From an uncultured Gemmatimonadaceae bacterium (GTDB lineage: Bacteria; Gemmatimonadota; Gemmatimonadetes; Gemmatimonadales; GWC2-71-9), in contig CAYXIK010000010.1 in assembly GCA_964465315.1 (NCBI GenBank), positions 10,219 to 74,218 of the forward strand: 64,000 nt of DNA, in the 5' to 3' direction. The notes beneath the pieces are model-generated. The model was given only the letters and a program-made list of their open reading frames with translations, did not search any database and was not told the origin of the DNA. Every line of letters begins with the position of its first letter. Position 1 is the first letter of the stretch. Below are positions 9,090-18,009 of the stretch, one piece after another. Both the position numbers and the translations under genes were made by a program.

Positions 9090-10184
9090 ATGAAACGCCG
9101 GAGGGTTGCCGTCCTCGCCGTGGTCGTCGCCGTGCTCGGCGTGGGCGCCATGGCCGCCACCGGGGGCCTCGTCGGCAAGAAGAAGGACGGGCCCAAACTG
9201 GTAGCGGTCGTTCGCGGGTCGCTAGTCGATAAAGCCCTCGCCGTCGGCACCATCGAGCCGCGGGTCGAGGTCAGCGTCAAGTCCATCCTCGCCGGCGTGG
9301 TCCGGCGACGCTTCGCGGCAGTCGGCGACTTCGTCCAGCGGGGCCAACCGCTGCTCGAGATATCGCCCAACCCCACGCCGTTGGAAATGGTGGAGCTCCG
9401 TCGCAACGTGGAGCTGCGCGAGATCGAGCTCAAGAACCTCGAGCGCGAGTTGACCCGCCAACAGCAGCTGCGCAACAAGAACCTGATTTCCCCCGCCGAT
9501 CTCGAGACCGCTCAACAGCGGGTGGACGAGGCCCGCAATCAGCTCTCGCTGGCCCAGGAGCGGCTCGCGTTGCAAGAAGGGGGCAAGGTGCTGACCGGCG
9601 GCAAGCCGGTGGAGACCGTGGTTCGCGCCCCCATCGACGGCTACATCCTCGAGGACTCGATCGAGATCGGCGACCCCGTGGTGCCCCTGACACCGTACCA
9701 GGCGGGCACCGTGCTGATGCGCATGGCCGCGATGCGGGACTTGATCTTCCGCGGGACTGTGGACGAGATCGACGTCGGTCGCCTCAAGGAGGGCATGCCG
9801 GTGACGATCAAGATCGGCGCGCTGCCCAACGCGAGTGTGAAAGGCCGGCTCGAGAAGATCTGGCTCAAGGCGCACAAGCAGGAGCAGGCCACCGTCTTCC
9901 CGATCGAAATTGTCTTGACGGAAGTGGCAGGCGCCAAGCTCCGGGCCGGGTACTCGGCCAACGCGGAGGTGATCATCGAACAGCGGGACAGCGTGCTGTA
10001 CATCCCGGAGCGAGTCATCACCCATCGCCACGACTCCACCTTCGTGACCGTGCGCACCAGGGCCGGCAGGACCGAGGAACGCTTGATCAAGACGGGCCTC
10101 TCCGACGCCATCAACATCGAAGTGCTACAAGGCCTGCAGGTGACGGACTCGATCGTCGAGGCGCCCCAGCGCGAGATCAGCTGA
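9090..10184 (+). CDS. Efflux transporter periplasmic adaptor (HlyD/MacA family membrane fusion protein)
   Basis: N-terminal anchor VAVLAVVVAVLGVGAMAA, followed by a long coiled-coil (ELRRNVELREIELKNLERELTRQQQLR...) and barrel-sandwich/beta-barrel segments. It sits directly upstream of two FtsX permeases. Confidence 0.8.
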   Translation: MKRRRVAVLAVVVAVLGVGAMAATGGLVGKKKDGPKLVAVVRGSLVDKALAVGTIEPRVEVSVKSILAGVVRRRFAAVGDFVQRGQPLLEISPNPTPLEMVELRRNVELREIELKNLERELTRQQQLRNKNLISPADLETAQQRVDEARNQLSLAQERLALQEGGKVLTGGKPVETVVRAPIDGYILEDSIEIGDPVVPLTPYQAGTVLMRMAAMRDLIFRGTVDEIDVGRLKEGMPVTIKIGALPNASVKGRLEKIWLKAHKQEQATVFPIEIVLTEVAGAKLRAGYSANAEVIIEQRDSVLYIPERVITHRHDSTFVTVRTRAGRTEERLIKTGLSDAINIEVLQGLQVTDSIVEAPQREIS

Positions 10185-10185
10185 C

Positions 10186-11403
10186 GTGTGGCGCGAGTTC
10201 TTCGCCGACCTGCGGGCACAGAAGCTCCGCACCTCGCTCACGGTATTGGGCATTGCCTGGGGCACGGTGGCGGTGGTGGTCCTGCTGGCCTTCGGGGTCG
10301 GCCTGGAGCGGCAAACCATGAAGCGCTTCCACGGGCTGGGCGACCGAATCGTCATTCTCTTCGGCGGCCGGACCACCAAGCCGTTCGCGGGCTTCGGTGA
10401 CGGCCGCCCGGTCCGCCTGCGGCCGGACGACGTGGCGCTCCTCGCCAGCGAGGTGGGCGAGATCGAGCACATCAGCCCGGAGTTCATCACGCAAAGCGCG
10501 CGCGTCCGGCGCGGCGTCAAGGCGGCCACCCCCGCGGTCACCGGCATTGTTCCCGCCTACGGGCTGATGCGCAACATCATCGCCGAGCCGGGCGGCCGCT
10601 TCATCAACGATCGCGATGTCGCCGAGCGGCGGCGCGTGGCGGTGCTGGGCAACGAGCTGGCCAAGCTGCTGTTCGAGCAGGAGGGCCCCGTTGGTCAGCA
10701 GGTGTACCTGGGGGACACGCCGTTCACGATCGTGGGCGTGATGCACCCCAAGTTGCAGAACTCCTCGTATCAGTCGCGCGACCAGGACCGCATTTTCATT
10801 CCGGCAACCACGCACTACGCCTTGTTCGGCGACCAGTTCCTCAACGATATCGTGTACCGAGCGCGGACCTCAGAGCTCACGAAGGTGGCCGAGCGCCGAG
10901 TGTACGAGACAATGGGACGGAAGTACCGGTTCGATCCCACGGACAAGGACGCGCTGGGGTTCTGGGACACCAGTGAGTGGGAGACAAAGTTCGGCAAGCT
11001 GTTCGTCGCCTTCAATATTTTCTTCGCGGTCGTCGGGACGTTCACCCTGCTCGTCGGCGGCATCGGAGTGGCGAACATCATGTATATCGTGGTCCGGGAG
11101 CGGACGCGCGAAATCGGCGTGCGGCGGGCCGTGGGTGCCACGCGTGCCGACATCATGCGCCAGTTCTTCGCCGAAGCGCTGATGATCGTGGCGATGGGGG
11201 CGACGCTCGGGCTGCTGCTCTCGCTCGGCCTCGTGGCCGGCCTGGGCGGGTTGCCGATCAAAGAGTTCGTCGGCGTCCCGACCATCTCCCCGGCCGTGCT
11301 CGCGGCGACACTCGCGTTGCTCGCGCTGGTCGCGTTTGCGGCGGGCTTGATGCCCGCCCGCCGTGCAGGGGCGCTCGACCCCGTTGAAGCGCTACGCAGC
11401 TAG
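10186..11403 (+). CDS. ABC transporter permease, MacB-like periplasmic domain + FtsX domain
   Basis: GTG start 1 nt after the adaptor stop. N-terminal TM (LTVLGIAWGTVAVVVLLAFG), a ~230 aa periplasmic domain, and a C-terminal FtsX region with RERTREIGVRRAVGATRADIMRQF. Confidence 0.85.
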   Translation: MWREFFADLRAQKLRTSLTVLGIAWGTVAVVVLLAFGVGLERQTMKRFHGLGDRIVILFGGRTTKPFAGFGDGRPVRLRPDDVALLASEVGEIEHISPEFITQSARVRRGVKAATPAVTGIVPAYGLMRNIIAEPGGRFINDRDVAERRRVAVLGNELAKLLFEQEGPVGQQVYLGDTPFTIVGVMHPKLQNSSYQSRDQDRIFIPATTHYALFGDQFLNDIVYRARTSELTKVAERRVYETMGRKYRFDPTDKDALGFWDTSEWETKFGKLFVAFNIFFAVVGTFTLLVGGIGVANIMYIVVRERTREIGVRRAVGATRADIMRQFFAEALMIVAMGATLGLLLSLGLVAGLGGLPIKEFVGVPTISPAVLAATLALLALVAFAAGLMPARRAGALDPVEALRS

Positions 11404-11405
11404 CC

Positions 11406-12656
11406 ATGTTCTACATCCTGCTCCAGGAATTCCTCGGCGACCTCAAAACGCAGCGGACCAGGGCGTTCCTCACCTTCTTTGCGGTGACCTGGGGGACACT
11501 CGCGGTCGTGCTGCTCTTGGCGTTCGGGGAGGGCCTGAAGCGCACCGTCCGCGACGGCCTGCTGGGTGCCGGCGAACGGATGTTCATGGTCTATGGCGGT
11601 GAAACCAGCAAGGCGTTCGCCGGCCTCGGGCAAGGCAGGCGCATCCACCTCGTCGAGGAGGATCTCGATCTCATCGAGAGCGCGATCCCGGACGTTGACC
11701 GCGGAAGCGTCTCGTACGGGCGGTGGGAAACGTCGTTTCAGGTGGGCAAGACCCGCACCAACGCGTTTCTCGAGGGAGTGGGTCCCGAACACGAAACGAT
11801 CCGCCACATGGAAGCCGCGTCGGGAGGGCGCTTCATCAACGTCGCCGATGTCGCACGGAGGCGGCGGGTGTTGTTCCTCGGCAACGAGCTGGCGGAGCGG
11901 ATCCTCGGCAAGCGCATGGATCCCATCGGCAAGAACGTGGTGGTCGACGGCTTGCCCTTCACGGTCGTTGGAGTCCTGAAAAAGAAGTTCCAAGACTCGA
12001 GCAACAACGGACCCGACGCCGAGCGCGGTGTGATCCCTTACTCGACGTTTCGCGCCATCTATGGCAACCGGTTCGTGAGCCACCTCATCGTGCAACCGCG
12101 CGATGCGTCTCGGGGACCCCTGGTAAAGGCGGAGTTGTACCGGGTCCTGGGCCGAAAATACAGCTTCGATCCCACCGACCAGCGGGCCCTGGGCATGTGG
12201 GACTTCATCGAAGACGAGAAGCAGAACCTCGCCGTCGGACTCGGCATCCAGATCTTCATGGGGCTCGTCGGGGCCTTCACGCTGCTCATCGCGGGCGTGG
12301 GTGTCGCGAACATCATGTACGTCGTGGTCAAAGAGCGGACCCAGGAGATCGGCATCAAGCGCGCGCTCGGCGCGCGCCGGCGGCACATCATGGCGCAATT
12401 CCTGTTCGAGGCCATGGCGATCGCCCTGTCCGGCGGGCTCGTGGGCCTCGCGGTGGCGACGCTCATCGTGCTCGGGGTCGACGCGATTCCGACCGAAGGC
12501 AACGAGGCGATGCAGTACATCCTCAACCCGAAGCTGTCTTGGCCCATCGCGGTCATCTGCGTCGGCATCCTGATCAGCGTGGGGCTCCTGGCGGGCATCC
12601 TGCCGGCGCGCCGCGCCGCCGCGGTCGATCCGGTGGAGTCACTGCGCTATGAGTGA
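11406..12656 (+). CDS. ABC transporter permease, MacB-like periplasmic domain + FtsX domain (paralog of preceding gene)
   Basis: Same architecture as the preceding gene: KERTQEIGIKRALGARRRHIMAQF and the C-terminal ARRAAAVDPVESLRYE. It starts 2 nt after the previous stop. Confidence 0.85.
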   Translation: MFYILLQEFLGDLKTQRTRAFLTFFAVTWGTLAVVLLLAFGEGLKRTVRDGLLGAGERMFMVYGGETSKAFAGLGQGRRIHLVEEDLDLIESAIPDVDRGSVSYGRWETSFQVGKTRTNAFLEGVGPEHETIRHMEAASGGRFINVADVARRRRVLFLGNELAERILGKRMDPIGKNVVVDGLPFTVVGVLKKKFQDSSNNGPDAERGVIPYSTFRAIYGNRFVSHLIVQPRDASRGPLVKAELYRVLGRKYSFDPTDQRALGMWDFIEDEKQNLAVGLGIQIFMGLVGAFTLLIAGVGVANIMYVVVKERTQEIGIKRALGARRRHIMAQFLFEAMAIALSGGLVGLAVATLIVLGVDAIPTEGNEAMQYILNPKLSWPIAVICVGILISVGLLAGILPARRAAAVDPVESLRYE

Positions 12657-12705
12657 GCCGGGTGCCGTTGAAAAAGCCTCGGTCGCCACCTACCTTGCGA
12701 GACAC

Positions 12706-13063
12706 GGGGGCGACAGGCTTCGACGGGTTTGGCGAGGATATCGCTGCGTGCCCAGGTCGTCAGTCACCTGGTAAAACCACTGGCAAATTCTTAACTGCCA
12801 ATTCAAACCTGGCACTGGCTGCGTAAGCTTCGGCTTCACGCACCTGCGTGAGTGGCAGCCCGCCTGAGGCGGCGCTCACGTATCGCAAAATCGGGCTGGC
12901 GTGATCCGGGGCCCGAACGGGTCGCGTAAGAGCAGGTAAGGGCTCGTTGCCGCCGGGGCCGGCGAGGCGCCCTGGTGGTGAGACCTCCAAGAAGCCTCGT
13001 CTACGCACGTAGTAGCGGCATCGGAGTCATTCTCGGACCGGGGTTCAATTCCCCGCGCCTCCA
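12706..13063 (+). ncRNA. ssrA: tmRNA (transfer-messenger RNA)
   Basis: The 5' GGGGGCGACAGGCTTCGACGGG pairs with the 3' CGCCTCC-A to form an acceptor stem with a G3:U pair. A T-arm GGGGTTCAATTCCCC is present. The internal tag frame ggc aaa ttc tta act gcc aat tca aac ctg gca ctg gct gcg TAA (12782-12826) ends in ...ANSNLALAA. The terminal CCA is not fully encoded. Confidence 0.92.
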
Positions 13064-13070
13064 CTGAGAC

Positions 13071-13108
13071 AAGCAGGTTGGGGACCAACCTCCCCAACCT
13101 GCTTTTTG
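13071..13108 (+). terminator. Rho-independent terminator of ssrA
   Basis: Perfect 14-bp stem aagcaggttgggga / tccccaacctgctt with a 6-nt loop (ccaacc), followed by a T-run. Confidence 0.8.
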
Positions 13109-13120
13109 TCAGGTAACGTA

Positions 13121-13813
13121 ATGGGCACGTTACCCTCTCCCGGAGAACGCATGGACGCGGTGCTCGACCTCTTCAGAGTGGTGTACGAACCGACGGCGGT
13201 GTTCGGGCGCGTGCGCGAGAAGCCGCGCTTTCTCGCGCCGTTCCTCGCGCTCGCCGTCATCACCGTTGTCATCGGCGTGGTGCAGCTTCCCTACGTCAAG
13301 GCGGCCATGACGGCGCAGTTCGCACAGACGCCCAACATGACGCCCGACCAGGCCCAAGCCGCCCTCAAGTTCGCGCCGTTCGGCATCGTGATCGCCCCGA
13401 TCATTTACGCGCTCTTCCTCCTGCTCAATGCGTTCATTCTGTGGGTCGGCGTATCGATCCTGGGAGGCGAAGCGAAGTTCGCGACGCTGCTGAGTGTCAC
13501 CACGTACGTATCGATCACCTACACGCTGCTCCAGATCGTCGGCCTGATCGTCCTGATGATGCGGGGGACCGGTGGAATTGCGAGCATGGTCGACCTGCAG
13601 CCCGCGCTCGGGCTCGACTTGCTCGCGCCCGACGCGAAAGGGTTCCCCTTGGCGTTCCTGCGCGGGATCAACCCCTTCACGCTCTACGGCGTGTTCCTGA
13701 CATCCGTGGGTGTAAGAGTCACCCATCAGACGTCGAAGGGCGCGGCGTATACCGCCGCGATCATTCAGATCCTGATCGCGCTCTTGCTGGGGGCGGCGCT
13801 GACGAGGGGATGA
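13121..13813 (+). CDS. Yip1-family multi-pass membrane protein
   Basis: ORF 13106..13813. TTG 13106 lies inside the terminator stem, so ATG 13121 is preferred (ATG 13151 is also possible). Five predicted TM helices. The N-terminus LDLFRVVYEPTAVFGRVREKPRFLAPFLALAVITVV is Yip1-like. Confidence 0.6.
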   Translation: MGTLPSPGERMDAVLDLFRVVYEPTAVFGRVREKPRFLAPFLALAVITVVIGVVQLPYVKAAMTAQFAQTPNMTPDQAQAALKFAPFGIVIAPIIYALFLLLNAFILWVGVSILGGEAKFATLLSVTTYVSITYTLLQIVGLIVLMMRGTGGIASMVDLQPALGLDLLAPDAKGFPLAFLRGINPFTLYGVFLTSVGVRVTHQTSKGAAYTAAIIQILIALLLGAALTRG

Positions 13814-13919
13814 GGAAAGGCGGGTTGGTGGCGGTTGCTGGAGGATGATGAAGGTTGCTCCGATGCAACCTCCCCCGTCCTCCACGAACCTTGACCATCC
13901 TTCCCCAACCTTCCTCTCC

Positions 13920-16595
13920 TCACACCGTCGCCCGCGTGCGGTTGATCACACCTTGCTCCTCGAGCGCAGCCTGGGCCGCGGCGAGCCGGGCGATGGGGAC
14001 GCGGAACGGCGAGCACGAGACGTAACTCATCCCGACCCGGTGGCAGAACTTCACCGAGCTCGGCTCTCCGCCGTGCTCGCCACAGATGCCGACCTTCAGG
14101 TCATTGCGCGTGGCCCGACCGAGCTTCACCGAGAGCTCGATGAGCTTGCCCACGCCGTCCTGATCGAGCACCTGGAACGGATCATCCTTGAGAATGCCGT
14201 GCTCCACGTAAAACGGTAGGAACCTGCCCGCGTCATCGCGCGAGAGACCGAAGGTCGTCTGGGTGAGGTCGTTCGTCCCGAACGAAAAGAACTCGGCCTC
14301 CTTCGCGATCTCGTCGGCGGTGAGTGCCGCGCGCGGCAGCTCGATCATGGTCCCGACGAGATACGGAACCGCCCGACCCTCCGCCTGGAACACCTCCTGC
14401 GCCACGCGGCGGACAATTTCCGTCTGCCGGCGCAGCTCCTCCGCGAGCGCGACCAGGGGGATCATCACTTCGACGGTCACCTTCTTCCCGCGACCGACCA
14501 CCCGACAGGCCGCCTCGAAGATCGCCCGCGCCTGCACTTCGGTGATCTCCGGGTACGTGATCCCCAACCGGCACCCGCGATGGCCCAGCATTGGGTTCGC
14601 CTCGACGAGGGAGCTCACCAAACGCTGGAGCTCGGCCAGCGGCAGTTTCATCGCACGCGCGAGACTCGTGACCTCCTCGCGCGTATGGGGCAGGAACTCG
14701 TGCAGCGGGGGGTCGAGCAGGCGGATGGTTACCGGGTAGCCGGCCAGGGCTTCAAAGATTCCCTCGAAGTCGGCGCGCTGCATCGGCAGCAGCTTGGCGA
14801 GCGCGCGCCGTCGCCCGGCCTCATCGGGGGCGACGATCATTTCCCGCATGGCCGTGATGCGGTCGCCTTCGAAAAACATGTGCTCGGTGCGGCACAAGCC
14901 GATCCCTTCGGCGCCAAGCTGGCGCGCGCGCGCCGCATCCGCGGGCGTGTCCGCATTGGCGCGCACCCGCAGCCGCCGTCGTTGATCGGCCCAGGCCATG
15001 AGCTTCGTGTAGTGTGCGCCGAGCTTGGGCTCGACGAGCTTCACCGCGCCGAGCAACACGCGGCCCGTCGTCCCGTCGACCGTGATGACCTGTCCCTTCT
15101 TGATGACCCGACCGTTCGCGCGAAACTGGCCGCCACCACCGCCGGCCCGTGGGTCGACCTCGATGTCCTTCGCCCCCACGACGCACGTCTTGCCCATGCC
15201 GCGCGCCACGATGGCGGCATGGCTCGTCATGCCACCCCGCGCGGTAAGAACCGCCCGGGCGGCGACAATGCCGTGGAAGTCCTCCGGGCTCGTCTCGGGG
15301 CGGACCAGGATCACGGCCCGACCCCGCTTCGCGAGCGTCTCGGCCTCGTCCGCGTCGAACACCGCCTCCCCGATGGCGGCGCCCGGCGAGGCGGGGAGTC
15401 CCTTGGCGATGACGGTGGGCGCCGTACCGGGCGCCACCATGGGGTGAAATACTTGATCCAGATCCTGCGGTGGCACCCGCTGCACCGCTTCGTCCTCGGT
15501 GATCAGGCGTTCCGTCACCATCTCCACGGCGATGCGCACCGCGGCGAGGCCCGTGCGTTGGGCGCGCCGCGTCTGCAGCATGTACAGCTTACCATGCTCG
15601 AACGTGAATTCGATGTCCTGCACGTCGCGGAAATGGCGCTCGAGCTTGGCGGCGATACGCTCGAGCTCCCGATACACCTTGGCGAGCTTCCCACGTTTCA
15701 TTTTAGCGATCGGCTCCGGAGTGCGGGCCCCGGACACGACGTCTTCCCCCTGCGCGTTGGTGAGAAAGTCACCGTTGAGCTCGTTTTCGCCCGAACGGCA
15801 ATCGCGCGTGAAGGCGACGCCGGTGCCGGAGTCGTCGCCCATGTTGCCGTACACCATCGCGACCACGTTTACCGCAGTGCCGAGGTCGTCGGGGATCCCG
15901 TGCACCCGCCGGTAGTCGGCGGCGCGGCGGGTACGCCAGCTCTTGAAGACCGCCTCGATTGCACCCCAGAGCTGCGCCATCGGATCCTCGGGGAAGGGCA
16001 GTCCCGTCCTCGCCTGAATGATGGATTTGAACTCTCGCGCCAGGGCGCGCAGGTCGTCCACCGGGAGGTCGATATCCCGCTCGACGCGCCGCCGACGCTT
16101 GAGCTCGTTCAAGACCTCCTCGAACGGCTCCTTACCCAGGTCGAAGACCACGTCGCCGTACATCTGCACGAATCGACGGTAGGAGTCGTAGGCGAACCGC
16201 GGGTTCGCTGAGCCCGCCAGGAGCCCCTGGACCGTCTCATCGTTGAGCCCGAGGTTGAGGACCGTCTCCATCATGCCGGGCATGGAGACGGCCGCGCCCG
16301 AGCGCACGGAGACGAGGAGCGGGTTCCGGGCGTCCCCGAAGCGCTTCTTAGCCGCCCGCTCGAGTTGCTTCAAGTGGCGATCGACTTCCTCCCGCAAATG
16401 GTCGGGGAACGTGCCTTGCTCGAGATAGGCGATGCAGAGCTTGGCGGAGATCGTGAACCCGGGTGGCACCGGCAGGCCCAGGTTCGCCATTTCGGCGAGC
16501 CCGGCGCCCTTGCCGCCGAGGATATCCCGCATGGCCGCCGAACCGTCCGCGCGGCCATTGCCGAAAGAGTACACCCACCGCTCGAGGGCCGGCAC
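13920..16595 (-). CDS. ppdK: Pyruvate, phosphate dikinase
   Basis: 891 aa. WVYSFGNG...GGKGAGLAEMANLGLPVPPGFTI at the N-terminus, the phospho-His region GGMTSHAAIVARGMGK, and a PEP-utilising C-terminal domain (...CGEHGGEP). Confidence 0.95.
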   Translation of the reverse strand: MPALERWVYSFGNGRADGSAAMRDILGGKGAGLAEMANLGLPVPPGFTISAKLCIAYLEQGTFPDHLREEVDRHLKQLERAAKKRFGDARNPLLVSVRSGAAVSMPGMMETVLNLGLNDETVQGLLAGSANPRFAYDSYRRFVQMYGDVVFDLGKEPFEEVLNELKRRRRVERDIDLPVDDLRALAREFKSIIQARTGLPFPEDPMAQLWGAIEAVFKSWRTRRAADYRRVHGIPDDLGTAVNVVAMVYGNMGDDSGTGVAFTRDCRSGENELNGDFLTNAQGEDVVSGARTPEPIAKMKRGKLAKVYRELERIAAKLERHFRDVQDIEFTFEHGKLYMLQTRRAQRTGLAAVRIAVEMVTERLITEDEAVQRVPPQDLDQVFHPMVAPGTAPTVIAKGLPASPGAAIGEAVFDADEAETLAKRGRAVILVRPETSPEDFHGIVAARAVLTARGGMTSHAAIVARGMGKTCVVGAKDIEVDPRAGGGGGQFRANGRVIKKGQVITVDGTTGRVLLGAVKLVEPKLGAHYTKLMAWADQRRRLRVRANADTPADAARARQLGAEGIGLCRTEHMFFEGDRITAMREMIVAPDEAGRRRALAKLLPMQRADFEGIFEALAGYPVTIRLLDPPLHEFLPHTREEVTSLARAMKLPLAELQRLVSSLVEANPMLGHRGCRLGITYPEITEVQARAIFEAACRVVGRGKKVTVEVMIPLVALAEELRRQTEIVRRVAQEVFQAEGRAVPYLVGTMIELPRAALTADEIAKEAEFFSFGTNDLTQTTFGLSRDDAGRFLPFYVEHGILKDDPFQVLDQDGVGKLIELSVKLGRATRNDLKVGICGEHGGEPSSVKFCHRVGMSYVSCSPFRVPIARLAAAQAALEEQGVINRTRATV

Positions 16596-16601
16596 GGTGA
16601 G

Positions 16602-18002
16602 TCAGACCGCGAGAGGATGCAGGGGCGCGGCGTGGCGCGCTCCCGCCAGATCGTCTTCCGGAATGTCGGTGGGGTAATCGCCCGAGAAGCAGGCGTGACA
16701 GAACTCGGCCGGGTCGCCCTGCGCAGCCCGCAGCATGCCATCGAGGGACAGATACCCCAGAGTGTCGACCCCGAGGTGCTCACGTATGTGCTCGACGTCG
16801 CTGCTCGACGCGATCAGCTCCTGCTTGCTCGGCGTGTCGATGCCGTAGTAGCACGGGCCGGTGATCGGGGGCGAGGCCACGCGGAAATGCACTTCCTTGG
16901 CGCCCGCCTGGCGGATCAGCTGCACCAGTGCACGACTGGTCGTGCCCCGCACGATAGAATCGTCCACCACGACGACCTTCTTGCCCTGTAACACTTCCCG
17001 GACTGGATTGAACTTGATCTTGACCTTCGCCATGCGGCCGGCTTGGGCGGGATGAATGAACGTCCTGCCGACATAGTGGTTGCGGATCAGCGCATGCTCG
17101 AGCTTGATGCCTGACTGCTCGGAGAAGCCGAGCGCCATGGCGTTGGACGAGTCGGGCACCGAGAACACGCAGTCGGCTCCGGGCGTCGGATGCTCGCGCG
17201 CGAGCTCTCGCCCGAGCGCCCGGCGCACGCGGTCCACTGACCGGTGAAACACCGTACTGTCGGGACGCGAGAAGTAGACGAGCTCGAAGACGCAGCGACG
17301 GTGCGGTCGCACGCCAAGGCGGGGGAGCTGATCCACGTCCTCGCCGTGTATGCGGACGAAGTCCCCCGGCTCGAGCTCCCGGACCAGCGTGGCGCCGGTG
17401 ATGTCGAGCGCACAGGTCTCGGACGCGACCACCCAACCGCGCCCGAGGCGACCCAGGGCCAATGGTCGAAAGCCCCGGGGGTCGACGATCGCGTACAGGG
17501 TGCGCCCGACGGTGATGAGCAGCGAGTACGCGCCCTCCACCCGCTCGAGCGCGTCCAAAAGCTGATCCTCCGGCTCCCGGGCCTCGGAGCGGGCGATGAG
17601 ATGCACGAGCACCTCGCTGTCCGACGAGCTCTGGAATAACGAGCCCTTCGCCACGAGGTCCGCCCGGAGCTGCACGGCGTTTGTGAGGTTGCCGTTGTGC
17701 GCGAGCGCCAGCGGCCCTTCGCGGTACCGGGCGAGCATCGGCTGGGCATTGGCCAGGACGGAAGACCCGGCGGTGGAATACCGAGTGTGACCGATGGCGA
17801 CATCCCCCGCCAGCTCACCGAGCACGCGCTCACTGAAGATGTCGGAGACGAGCCCCATCCCGCGGTGCGACCGGGCCACGCCTTCGGCGTCCACGGCCGC
17901 GATCCCAGCGGACTCCTGCCCCCGATGCTGCAGGCTGTAGAGACCGAGGTACGCGACGCGGGCCGCGTCGGGCACGCCGGTGACACCGATGATGCCGCAC
18001 AT
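16602..18002 (-). CDS. purF: Amidophosphoribosyltransferase
   Basis: ORF 16602..18122, trimmed to MCGIIGV (ATG 18002, N-terminal nucleophile Cys). A PRPP motif VVVVDDSIVRGTT is present. Confidence 0.93.
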   Translation of the reverse strand: MCGIIGVTGVPDAARVAYLGLYSLQHRGQESAGIAAVDAEGVARSHRGMGLVSDIFSERVLGELAGDVAIGHTRYSTAGSSVLANAQPMLARYREGPLALAHNGNLTNAVQLRADLVAKGSLFQSSSDSEVLVHLIARSEAREPEDQLLDALERVEGAYSLLITVGRTLYAIVDPRGFRPLALGRLGRGWVVASETCALDITGATLVRELEPGDFVRIHGEDVDQLPRLGVRPHRRCVFELVYFSRPDSTVFHRSVDRVRRALGRELAREHPTPGADCVFSVPDSSNAMALGFSEQSGIKLEHALIRNHYVGRTFIHPAQAGRMAKVKIKFNPVREVLQGKKVVVVDDSIVRGTTSRALVQLIRQAGAKEVHFRVASPPITGPCYYGIDTPSKQELIASSSDVEHIREHLGVDTLGYLSLDGMLRAAQGDPAEFCHACFSGDYPTDIPEDDLAGARHAAPLHPLAV

Positions 18003-18009
18003 CCGTTGC

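Noticed and set aside
13814-13919. Hairpin gaaggttgc-tccgat-gcaacctcc (about 13851-13872) as a bidirectional terminator between the Yip1-like gene and ppdK
   Set aside because: The stem is short and imperfect, and it is not followed by a T-run on either strand. It is too weak to call.
13064-13920. Genomic island or integrase downstream of ssrA
   Set aside because: Only a Yip1-like membrane protein gene follows. No integrase, no direct repeat of the tmRNA 3' end and no compositional shift was seen.
14580-16211. 543-aa plus-strand ORF antisense to ppdK
   Set aside because: ppdK on the minus strand has unmistakable PPDK motifs over its full length. The antisense ORF is low-complexity and lacks a plausible start context.
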